A DNA stretch of 60,653 bases, taken from NCBI GenBank assembly GCA_046726415.1, contig JBKPAK010000070.1:1-60653 (forward strand), read 5' to 3'. This document shows, in pieces, positions 39,243 through 48,043 of the stretch. Origin of the DNA: Candidatus Methylomirabilota bacterium. GTDB taxonomy: Bacteria > Methylomirabilota > Methylomirabilia > Rokubacteriales > CSP1-6. Numbering within the stretch: position 1 is the stretch's first letter; each line of letters opens with the position of its first letter. Both the position numbers and the translations under genes were made by a program. The notes beneath the pieces are model-generated. The model was not told where the DNA came from. It ran no database searches and was given only the letters and a program-made list of their open reading frames with translations.

Positions 39243-41546
39243 GTGGTGATCAGCGGGGTGCTGGAACGATGGGCGGGCTGTTTCGCCGGGAACCCGAGGG
39301 GAGTGTGCACCTGGGACGTGGAGGACGCCTGGGCGCTGCTGGGAGCGGTGCTCGGCCTTGTCATCGCGGCGCTCGCCGCCCGGCGGGTCGCGCGGGCGAT
39401 CTGGACGGCGCGGGCCACCGCGTTGACACCGCTGCTCGCGCGGCGCCTGGCGCGATGGATGAAGGCCCGCAGCTATTCGGACGAGGACTTCTTCCGGGCC
39501 GACGGCGCGGGCGAACCCTGGATCGAACGGCGGAAGAACGCCATCGATCGCCTGTCCGCGTTCTTTCGGGCGCAGCATTCGCGATCGATCGCGTGGGGCG
39601 ATGCCATCCGCGAGAGCTTCTCCGATCTGCGCTTCACTGACGCCAATCGCGTGCCGTTTCCCTTCATGCGGTTCATGCGGGAACGCTTCAACCTCTGCTC
39701 CGTGGTGACGGCGTCGGACGGACCGAGATTGTTGGACCTCGACGGGCACTGGACGCTCGATGTCAGCGGCTCCTACGGGGTCAACGTGGCCGGCTTCGCG
39801 CGCTACAAGGAGTGGATGGCCAAGGGTCTGGAGCGAGTCCGGGAGCTGGGTCCGGTGCTGGGGCCCCTCCATCCCGTGGTGGCCGAGAACATCGCCCTCC
39901 TCCGATCCATCGCGAAGCTCGACGAGGTGTCCTTCCACATGAGCGGCACCGAGGCCGTCATGGCCGCGGTGCGGTTGGCCCGCTTCAACACGGGGCGAAA
40001 ACTGATCGTCTGCTTCGCCGGGGCCTATCACGGCTGGTGGGACGGGGTACAGCCGGGATTGGGCAGTGAGCGGAACCTCGCCGATTGCCTCACCCTCAAG
40101 GACCTCCATCCGGCGTCACTGGACGCCATCCGGCGGCGGGCGTCGGAGATAGCCGCCGTGCTCGTCAATCCGGTCCAGTCGTTTCAGCCCAACGCGCCGC
40201 CGCCCAACGATGCGGTCCTGTTGACCAGTGGAGCCCGAAAGGCACAGGCGTCGGATGGGCCATACACCCGGTGGCTGCGAGAGCTTCGCGCCGTCTGCGA
40301 CGAGCACGAGATTGCCCTGATCTTCGACGAAGTGTACACGGGGTTCCGGTTCGCCCCTGGCGGGGCCCAGGCGTACTTCGGCGTTCAGGCTGACATGGTG
40401 GTGTACGGCAAGACCGTGGCCGGTGGGATGCCCATCGGGGTGGTGTGCGGCCGGAAGGCGCTGATGCGCCGATTCGATCCCGACCGACCCATGCGCATCG
40501 CCTACGTGATCGGCACGTTCTCCGCTCACCCGGTGGTCATGGGAGCCATGAACGAATTCCTCCGCTGGGTGGTGCATCCGTCGACGGCGGAACAGTACGA
40601 GGAGATGAACCAGCGGTGCGGGCGCTGGGTGCAGGCCATCAACCAACAGCTTCAGGATGCCGCGTTGCCCGTTCGGGTGGGACACCTCGCCACGGTGTGG
40701 ACCGTCCTCTTCACCGAACCGGCGCGCTACAACTGGCTGCTTCAGTACTACCTGCGCGCCGAAGGGCTGACCCTGAGCTGGGTCGGCACCGGCCGCTGTC
40801 TGAGCAGCATGGACTTCGGTGCCGAAGACTACGAGGCGTTAGGGGCGAATCTGTTCAATGCCGCAAAGAAGATGAAGGCCGACGGGTGGTGGCTGAGCGC
40901 CGCGGAACACCCGAGGAGGGAGAAGCGCATGCGAACGCGTCTGGTGCGGGAGGTGCTCGGGAGCCTGGTGCGAGTTCCCCAGCCGGTGCAGAGCTTCTGC
41001 GCGGAGGTGATGTGGCGCAAGGAGCACGATCATCACGCGTCGCATAGCAACATGGTCAACCAGCTATTTCACATCATCAGCTCGAGTGCTTTCATCGGCT
41101 GCTATGCGCTGGCGTTCTGGGATCTCACCACGGCCATGTGGGCGGGCCTGGTCGCGCTGTTCTTGCGGCAGATTGGCCACGCGGTCCTGGAGCCCCCCTG
41201 CCACGACAAGGAGGCCACCCTCCTCGGGTACAACACGCGCAACAAGACGCTGATCCTCGGCACCTATCTCCTGATCCCGGCTGTGCACCTGGCCCTCGCT
41301 AGCACCTGGTCGGGGGAGGCGCTCAAGTCCATCGCGGCGTCGGTGGCCTGGCAATGGTTTCTGTGGACTGTGGTCGTGGTGGCCGGCCGGGTGGCGTACT
41401 TGATGTGGGCACACAACGCGTGGCTGGCGCTGGTGTGGTTCGCCAAGCTCATCACGGATCCGCTGACGGATATCGTCGCGTACGCTCCCCGCTATCTCGG
41501 CGTGTCGAAGGCGTTCCTTGGGTGGCGGGTGGGGCCCGGCGGGTAG
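39243..41546 (+). CDS. class III PLP aminotransferase (GSA-aminomutase-like) with N-terminal TM anchor, fused to a C-terminal Mpo1/DUF962-like membrane domain
   Basis: SGTEAV, YHGW, LIFDEV.TGFR, YGK(PLP)TVAGG.PIG, GTF; then HHASHSN..NQLFH...RQIGH.VLEP with TM helices; GAGGAGG RBS before GTG. Confidence 0.85.
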   Translation: MVISGVLERWAGCFAGNPRGVCTWDVEDAWALLGAVLGLVIAALAARRVARAIWTARATALTPLLARRLARWMKARSYSDEDFFRADGAGEPWIERRKNAIDRLSAFFRAQHSRSIAWGDAIRESFSDLRFTDANRVPFPFMRFMRERFNLCSVVTASDGPRLLDLDGHWTLDVSGSYGVNVAGFARYKEWMAKGLERVRELGPVLGPLHPVVAENIALLRSIAKLDEVSFHMSGTEAVMAAVRLARFNTGRKLIVCFAGAYHGWWDGVQPGLGSERNLADCLTLKDLHPASLDAIRRRASEIAAVLVNPVQSFQPNAPPPNDAVLLTSGARKAQASDGPYTRWLRELRAVCDEHEIALIFDEVYTGFRFAPGGAQAYFGVQADMVVYGKTVAGGMPIGVVCGRKALMRRFDPDRPMRIAYVIGTFSAHPVVMGAMNEFLRWVVHPSTAEQYEEMNQRCGRWVQAINQQLQDAALPVRVGHLATVWTVLFTEPARYNWLLQYYLRAEGLTLSWVGTGRCLSSMDFGAEDYEALGANLFNAAKKMKADGWWLSAAEHPRREKRMRTRLVREVLGSLVRVPQPVQSFCAEVMWRKEHDHHASHSNMVNQLFHIISSSAFIGCYALAFWDLTTAMWAGLVALFLRQIGHAVLEPPCHDKEATLLGYNTRNKTLILGTYLLIPAVHLALASTWSGEALKSIAASVAWQWFLWTVVVVAGRVAYLMWAHNAWLALVWFAKLITDPLTDIVAYAPRYLGVSKAFLGWRVGPGG

Positions 41547-41548
41547 CC

Positions 41549-42100
41549 GTGAGCCTCGGGCCACTCCTCGGAGCCGCCGCGGCACTGAGCCTGGAGCGCG
41601 CGTGCTACGTCTGGATCGCGCGCGCTCCGGGGGCGTTTCGCCGGTGGTGTGCTCGTCCGGTGGTGTCGCGCTTTGGAGAACCGATCGCCATCGTGCGGAA
41701 GCTGTTCTACGCCTTCAAAGTGCTGCAGCTGTCGGTCTTCGCGGGCTGGTGCGCCATGCACGACGGCGAATCGCTCGTGCCCGCGACGGGTGACGTGGCT
41801 GCCCTGGGTATCGGGGGCGCGTTGATCATCGCCGGGCAGGTGCTCAACTGGAGCGTCTTCTTTCGATTGGGCGCGGTAGGAGTCTTCTACGGCAATCGCT
41901 TGGGATATGAGGTTCCCTGGTCCCGGGCGTTCCCCTTCTCGCTCTTCTCGCATCCCCAGTATGTCGGCGCGGTGCTATCGATCTGGGGCATGTTCCTGGT
42001 CATGCGCTTTCCCCATGCTGACTGGAGTCTGCTCCCTACGCTCGAGACGGTGTACTACATTGCGAGTACATGCCTCGAGGAACGGGGCCGAGCGAACGAC
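41549..42100 (+). CDS. phospholipid N-methyltransferase (PEMT/PLMT-like) membrane protein; no stop at domain end, frame stays open to 42787
   Basis: GTG 2 nt after the upstream stop; GQVLN.SVF.RLG..GVFYG.RLG..VPW...FPFS...HPQYVGAVLSIWG. Confidence 0.8.
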
Positions 42101-42169
42101 CTCGAGAGGGGCCGCGCCTGGTCGGCTCGCCGAGGGTCGCGGACGTCACGCTCGCCTCATCGCCCGTAT

Positions 42170-42266
42170 GGGGTGTCAGAGAGCGCCTTTCGAGCGCCCG
42201 CTTCGCCGGCGCACTCCTCGTTCTGGGGATGCTCGAAGGGGGCCGTCGAGGGCCCCTTCGATGAGC
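42170..42266. repeat. GC-rich palindromic repeat between convergent genes
   Basis: TCGAAGGGGGCCGTCGAGGGCCCCTTCGA hairpin plus GCGCCCGCTTCGCCGGCGC hairpin; related to the 3800 copy. Confidence 0.6.
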
Positions 42267-43928
42267 TAGTGGCCGCCAGCGCTTGGCCTGACCCAGCCTC
42301 CGTGAACGGGGTGGTGCGAGCACATGAATTCCAGAAAGGCCGGCCGGCCTTTGGCGTTCTCATCGAACGCCCGCTTCAGCGCCGGAATCACTTCCGACGG
42401 CTGGCTCACGTCCTCTCCGTGGAAGCCGACGGCCCTCGCCATCGACGACATGCAGGCCGAAGCGTGATCGGACACCTTCCAGGTGTAAGGATCGTGACCC
42501 GCCCCCCAGAAGCCCGGGCCGTAGCCGGAGTAGCCGCCGTTGTTGATGTGAATGGTCGTGATCCCGATCTTGTAGCGGGCAATCGCCTCGAAGTTACCCA
42601 TCATGTAGCACACGCCGGCGTCGCCGGTGACGTGGACGCACTGCCGCTCGGGGTAGGCGAGCTTGGCCCCGACCGCCCCGGCCAGGCTGAAGCCCAAGGT
42701 GGACACGTTGCCCCAGCCGAGGTAGCCGCGCGGGATCTGCGCTTCATACACCGTGCTGGTCCCGCGTGTTGCCGGAATCGGCGGTGACGAACGAGTTCTT
42801 CGGGTCGAGCACCTTCATGAGATCGCCGATCACGCGATACGGGTTCAGTGGGGTCTCGGTGGACTCCATCCAGGGGCGGAACTTCGCCAGGAACGCCTGC
42901 TTGCCCGCGCGGATCTCCTCGATCAGCTCTGGTTTCTGGCGGGCCCCGCCCGTCCGATCGGACAGTTCGCCGGTGAGGGCCTGGAGCGTCAACTTGGCGT
43001 CGCCGATCACGGCGTGGCGCGTCTCATAGCTGCGGTTGATGTCCAGCGTGTCGACGGTGCACTGCACGATCGTCTTCTTGTCGGCGTCGGGCACGGCGTG
43101 GCTGAAGCGATTGGGAAAGAGGCTCGAGCCGATCGAGAACAGGACGTCCGCCTTGCGGAGGAAATGCTCGGCCAGCGAGCCCCGCACCCCCACCGACAGC
43201 GGATGATTCTCGGGGAAGGCCCCCTTCGCCTTCAGCGTGGTCAGCACCGGCACCTGGGCCAGCTCGGCGAATTGCCGCAGTTCGTCGGTGGCCTCGGCGT
43301 AGAGGACGCCTTCGCCCACGTGCAGGAGCGGATCCTTCGCAGCCAGTAGCGCTCTGACGGCTGCTTTCACATCATCGGGATCGGGACCGGATCGCCAGCC
43401 CTTCACCGGCGTATACGGGTGCTCGGCCTCGTCGTACTCCCCGAGATCTCGCGGGACGATGAGCAGGACCGGACCGGGCCGGCCTGAGCGGAGCTGGGTG
43501 AACGCCCGACGCGTGAAGTCCGGTACCAGCTCGGGGCGGTCGACCTTTCCCACCCACTTGGTGACCGACTTGAGCGCCTCGGCCATGTCGTAGTGCGTGT
43601 GGCGGCTGGCGCCCTGGCCCACCCCTTCCGTGATCACCAGGAGCGGCGCCGAATCCTCCCAGGCTTGACCGATGGCGCCGTAGGCCATCTGGATACCGGC
43701 GGCGTTGAGGTTGGCCATGATGGTGCAGACGCCGATTTGCTTGCCGCATGTCACCCGCGAGAAGGCGTCGGCGACGGCGACGGCAAAGCGCTCCTCTCCC
43801 ATCATGAGGATTGGCACGCCCTCTTCCCCGAGCGCGTTGTTCACGTGATTGGTGGGGTAGCAGCTCACCCACGGGACGCCCTCGGACTTGAGAATGCGCG
43901 CGAAACCATTGGCCGCCTTGACTTTCAT
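42266..43928 (-). pseudogene. thiamine-pyrophosphate enzyme (acetolactate synthase-like) with frameshift near 42755
   Basis: EERFAVAVADAFSR, SGRPGPV, DSGNTRDQ, then YLGWGNVSTLGF...TGDAG...NNGGY in another frame. Confidence 0.88.
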
Positions 43929-44079
43929 GGACCCTCTCCTCCTCTCGAATACCGCTCCCCCTCGCTCGTGTCCAGCCGGCGTTTGGTCAGGGCCGGCCCG
44001 GCGAGAGTACTCCGGGAGCCCCCGGTTTGCCAGGGCTCACGACCTCACGACCTCGCCCGCCTCCCCAGCCTCGAGGACA

Positions 44080-44997
44080 TCATCCGGACCCGTCGCGATG
44101 GGGACGAAGCAGCGCGTAGACGGCGAAGAGCATCGGCGTCGGGATGCCGTGGCGCTCGCCGAGGCGGACGGCATGACCCTGGAGGCTCTCCACTTCGATC
44201 CGCCGGCCGTGAATCAGGTCGTGGTGGAGCGAGGTCAAAGCTCCAGCCCCCAGGCTGTCCAGCGTGTTCATCACGCTGTCCACGATGCGCTCGTCGAGGC
44301 CGGCACCCTCGGCGCGCCCCAGCGCGGCCATCTCCTCCAGCAGCAGGCGATACAGCTGCCGCGTCTCCGCCTGCTCTCGCAGGACACCGGCCGGCCGGCG
44401 GGTGAGGGCCGTCATCGCGGAGTGAGCCGCCAGGAACACGTACTTCTCCCACAGCGCGCTGCGGATTCGACCAGAGAGCTCGGCGGTAATCCCCGCGCCA
44501 CGGCAGCTCGCCAGAAAGGCGCGGGCACGCGGGCTCTCGGCGCCGTCCATCTCTCCGAATTCGAGCTGACCCAGCAGCGTGTGGGCGATGATGCCGGGCG
44601 CCTCGATGGTGGAAAAGATGCGGGCCACGCCACCCAGGACGTGCTCCGCCCCCAGTCGACGGGCGAGCACGTCTTCGTTGTCCACGCCGTTCTGCACCGA
44701 CAGCACGCCGGTGTGCGGGCCCACGACCGGGCGGATCACTTCTGCTGCGCTCTCCGTGTCGAATGACTTCACACAGAACAGCACAATGTCGGCGGCGGGC
44801 AGACCCTCGAGCCGCTCCACCGCGGGGGCCCGCACCAACCACTCTCCCTCCACCTCCGAACGCACCTTGAGCCCGTGGGCCTGGATCGCCTTTCGATGGT
44901 CGCCGCGGGCCACGAAGGTGACGTCCTCTCCGCCGCGGGCCAGCTTGGCCCCGAAGTAACCGCCGGTCCCCCCAGCTCCCATCACCACGATACGCAT
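44080..44997 (-). CDS. panE: 2-dehydropantoate 2-reductase family protein
   Basis: MGAGGTGGYFG, VKSFD, SVQNGV, LWEKY, SL..DL..GR..EVE.L.G. Confidence 0.85.
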   Translation of the reverse strand: MRIVVMGAGGTGGYFGAKLARGGEDVTFVARGDHRKAIQAHGLKVRSEVEGEWLVRAPAVERLEGLPAADIVLFCVKSFDTESAAEVIRPVVGPHTGVLSVQNGVDNEDVLARRLGAEHVLGGVARIFSTIEAPGIIAHTLLGQLEFGEMDGAESPRARAFLASCRGAGITAELSGRIRSALWEKYVFLAAHSAMTALTRRPAGVLREQAETRQLYRLLLEEMAALGRAEGAGLDERIVDSVMNTLDSLGAGALTSLHHDLIHGRRIEVESLQGHAVRLGERHGIPTPMLFAVYALLRPHRDGSG

Positions 44998-45049
44998 CGC
45001 ACTGTCCTCCTGTTCCGCCGCGCGCGGAGGAGACATAGCGCGCGTCTGT

Positions 45050-45136
45050 TCGAAGTGTCAAGGCACGGTCCGTGCTTACTCGAAGTGTCGGGGCTCCGAA
45101 GACGTCCCCCACGGATAGCCGTGTCCCAATTTGGGA
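45050..45136 (+). promoter_or_regulatory. candidate sigma54 -24/-12 element with flanking direct repeats and a downstream palindrome
   Basis: AGGCACGGTCCGTGCT (GG-N10-GC) at 45061-45076; TCGAAGTGTC at 45050 and 45080; TCCCAATTTGGGA at 45124-45136. Confidence 0.35.
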
Positions 45137-45217
45137 AGAGAGATTCCGAGGATGGGAAATGCTCTTCCTCTTTGACGCACAAACGACGGATCCCCACAAT
45201 CCGCGGGAGGTGGCACC

Positions 45218-46207
45218 ATGGGAAGGACGATCACCCGGTTCTCAACCGCAGTGCTGTTCATCCTTGTACTCCCCTGCTTGGCCGCCGGTGCCGAGCTTGG
45301 CATCATCACGGGGGGCGAGAAGGGCACCTACTATCAGTTCGGCTTGAACCTCCAAGCCCTGGGGAAGTCCCGCGACATCGCCCTCACCGTTCACCCCTCG
45401 AAAGGATCGATCGAGAACATTTACGCCGTGTACCAGCGGCCCGGCGTGCCCCTGGGGATCGTCCAGTCGGACGTGCTGGCCTTCGTGGCCCGCGTCCAAT
45501 CCGACCCCGTCCTGCAGAGAATTGCCAAGAAAACGAAGATGGTGTTTCCCCTCTATAATGAGGAGGTCCATGTCCTCGCCCGACCGGGCATCGAGAACTT
45601 CGAAGACCTCGGCGACCGGCGAGTGGCGATCGGCCGGGAGGGCAGCGGGACCTACCTCACCGCGCGGCTGCTGTTCAATGTCGCTGAGGTCGTACCGCGC
45701 GAGATGGTGCCCATCGACACTGACGAAGCCCTCGCCCAGTTGAAGGCTGGGCGGATCGACGCGATGTTTTATGTGGCGGGACATCCGGTCAAGCTCTTCA
45801 CCGAATCGGTCACCGACGCCGACGGCCTCGCCCTGGTCCAGATTCTCAACAAGAGCATCACCGAGTTCTATCCGCGCGCCGAGATCCCGGCGCGGGTCTA
45901 CGCCTGGCAGCCGAAGCCCGTACAGACGGTCGCCGTCAAGGCGGTCCTCGTCTCCTTCGACTTCCAGCGCCGCGAGTGCGACAGCATTGGGCAGTTCGCC
46001 AAGGTCGTCGCCGACAACATGGGATGGCTCGTGAAGAACGGACACCCCAAGTGGAAGTCCGTCGATCTCGACTTTCCTTTGCGGGGGTGGGAGCAGTACT
46101 CCTGTGTGAAGAAGTATCTCCGGAAGCCCGACGCGCCACGCGTGGCGCGAGAGCAGACTCCGCTAAATCCCGTGATGGACGCGATCAAGCAGATTCTGGG
46201 GGACTGA
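45218..46207 (+). CDS. TAXI-family TRAP solute-binding protein
   Basis: Signal peptide, ITGGEKGTYY.FG, GSIENI, GIVQSD, LYNEEVH, GSGT. Confidence 0.9.
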   Translation: MGRTITRFSTAVLFILVLPCLAAGAELGIITGGEKGTYYQFGLNLQALGKSRDIALTVHPSKGSIENIYAVYQRPGVPLGIVQSDVLAFVARVQSDPVLQRIAKKTKMVFPLYNEEVHVLARPGIENFEDLGDRRVAIGREGSGTYLTARLLFNVAEVVPREMVPIDTDEALAQLKAGRIDAMFYVAGHPVKLFTESVTDADGLALVQILNKSITEFYPRAEIPARVYAWQPKPVQTVAVKAVLVSFDFQRRECDSIGQFAKVVADNMGWLVKNGHPKWKSVDLDFPLRGWEQYSCVKKYLRKPDAPRVAREQTPLNPVMDAIKQILGD

Positions 46208-46210
46208 GCG

Positions 46211-47995
46211 GTGGAGCCGTCGGGCCGACCAGTCCGCGCCCCGGACCCGACATCCGAGGCTCCCTACTACGAGTTGTGGACGAAGCCGTTCCGGGAGAAT
46301 ACCGATCCGGGTTTTCTCTGGCTCGGGCCCCCCTATCGCGATGCGTTCGCGACCCTGCGCGCCGCCGTTCTCCAGAACGCGGGCGTCCTCCTCCTCACCG
46401 GGGAAGTGGGCACCGGGAAGACGATGTTGGCGAGTGCGCTCGCCGATGGCCTCCGCGTTGAGGGCGTGCGCGTGGGAAAGGTCGCCTGCGTCGGTCTCCA
46501 CCCCGACGACTTTCGCAATGGCGTGGCCCAGGCCCTCGAGCTTCCGATCCTGCCGGACACGCGCGAGAACTTCCTCGCCTACGTCGGAGAATTCCTCGAC
46601 CGGGCCTATTCGCATCGAGAGAAGGTGCTCCTGGTCATCGACGAGGCGCAAAATCTGGGCGCCGCGCTCCTGGACGAACTCGATCCGCTGGTCCTGGCCG
46701 GGCGGCAGGCCGGCCGGGGCAAAGTCAACGTCATCAACATCTTAGTCGTCGGTCAGACCGACATCGACGCGATGCTTCTCCACCACGAGCCGCGCCCCGG
46801 CGGGGATCACGTCCGCGTCCGCTCTCACCTCGGCCCACTCGACCCCGAGCAAGTCGCCGACTACGTCGCGTTCAGGCTGCGGGTGGCGGGAGCCGATCGC
46901 GAGCTCTTCTCAATCGATGCCCTCGGGGAGATCGCCGCCTCATCGCGTAGCGTGCCCCGTCTCATCAACCGGGTTTGCGACCGCGCGTTGCTGCTCGCCT
47001 GGCAACGGAACGAACACGTGGTCTCGGTGGACACGGTCAGAGATTCGGTGAACGATCTCGGCTTGGCGGTGCGTGTCGGCCCCAGCCGCGAGGCGGGCCC
47101 GCATCGAGACGCCAGCCGAGGCAAGACGCGGATCGCGTATGTCGATGGCGTACCCCGTCTCATCAACCGGCGCGGCGGCCGCGCGGCGTTGACTCCGCAG
47201 CATCGCAACGGCCCGCCGGTTGGGGAAGCGGTCAGGGACTCGGCCGATGTCGATGCCGGGCCCCACCCCAATAACCAAAGCGGCGAGCGCGCGGCGGTGG
47301 CCGCCGCACCGCAGCGGAACGAACTCGCGGCACCCCCGGACGTGGTCAGCGATTCGGTGGGCGATCTCGGCCTGGCGGCGGTCGACCGCCATCGCCGAGA
47401 GGCGAGCCGGCATCGGCGCGCGGGCGCAGGTAAGATGCGGATCGCGTATGCCGCGGCCACTGCGCTCGCGCTGGGTGTGCTCGTCCACTACGGGGGTTGG
47501 GTGAACAACGTTCGCCATGAGCCCTCACCCGAAGATCGAAGTTCTCCCACCAGCGGACCGAGTGCGGTGAACGCGGGGGCTCCCGCCATGATGGAGCCCA
47601 GCGTCGCCGTGGAGCCGGCCATCGTGACCCCGTCTGCGGTCGAAGCCCAAGGCGAACGCCCCGCCAGCCGGCCGAAGACCGAGATGGCGAGCCAGGCGAT
47701 GAGCACTCCGCCGGGGTCACGGGAGGGCGTCACGCGGTCACGCCCCGGCGCGTCAGAGACGCGCGGGGAGCCGGTGAAGCCGCCACGGCCCAAGATCGCG
47801 GCTCGGGATGCGATGGCGGTCAAGACGGGAACGTCCGCGGCGATCATCGACCGCGGCCACGAGGCGAGCGGTGGCCTGTCCAGTGACGCCCCCGTATCCC
47901 AGGTTCCGATCACGCGACGCCCCGAGGAGCCGGACGACCCTGGGGCGATCATCGACTGGCTGCTCCAGGGGAATCGACCAGGGAGAGGGAACTAA
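46211..47995 (+). CDS. ExeA/GspA-like AAA+ ATPase with duplicated lid segment, TM helix and Pro-rich tail
   Basis: PF...DP.FL, TGEVGTGKT, VIDEAQNL, VVGQ, Y..FRL..AG, PRLINRVCD.AL. Confidence 0.85.
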   Translation: MEPSGRPVRAPDPTSEAPYYELWTKPFRENTDPGFLWLGPPYRDAFATLRAAVLQNAGVLLLTGEVGTGKTMLASALADGLRVEGVRVGKVACVGLHPDDFRNGVAQALELPILPDTRENFLAYVGEFLDRAYSHREKVLLVIDEAQNLGAALLDELDPLVLAGRQAGRGKVNVINILVVGQTDIDAMLLHHEPRPGGDHVRVRSHLGPLDPEQVADYVAFRLRVAGADRELFSIDALGEIAASSRSVPRLINRVCDRALLLAWQRNEHVVSVDTVRDSVNDLGLAVRVGPSREAGPHRDASRGKTRIAYVDGVPRLINRRGGRAALTPQHRNGPPVGEAVRDSADVDAGPHPNNQSGERAAVAAAPQRNELAAPPDVVSDSVGDLGLAAVDRHRREASRHRRAGAGKMRIAYAAATALALGVLVHYGGWVNNVRHEPSPEDRSSPTSGPSAVNAGAPAMMEPSVAVEPAIVTPSAVEAQGERPASRPKTEMASQAMSTPPGSREGVTRSRPGASETRGEPVKPPRPKIAARDAMAVKTGTSAAIIDRGHEASGGLSSDAPVSQVPITRRPEEPDDPGAIIDWLLQGNRPGRGN

Positions 47996-48043
47996 GCGGC
48001 GGTCGGAGGCCCCGCTCGGCCCACTCGTCGAGGACCCAGCGCC

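Noticed and set aside
39243-41546. hemL
   Set aside because: It has a TM anchor, a fused membrane domain and a lipid-gene context, with no tetrapyrrole genes nearby.
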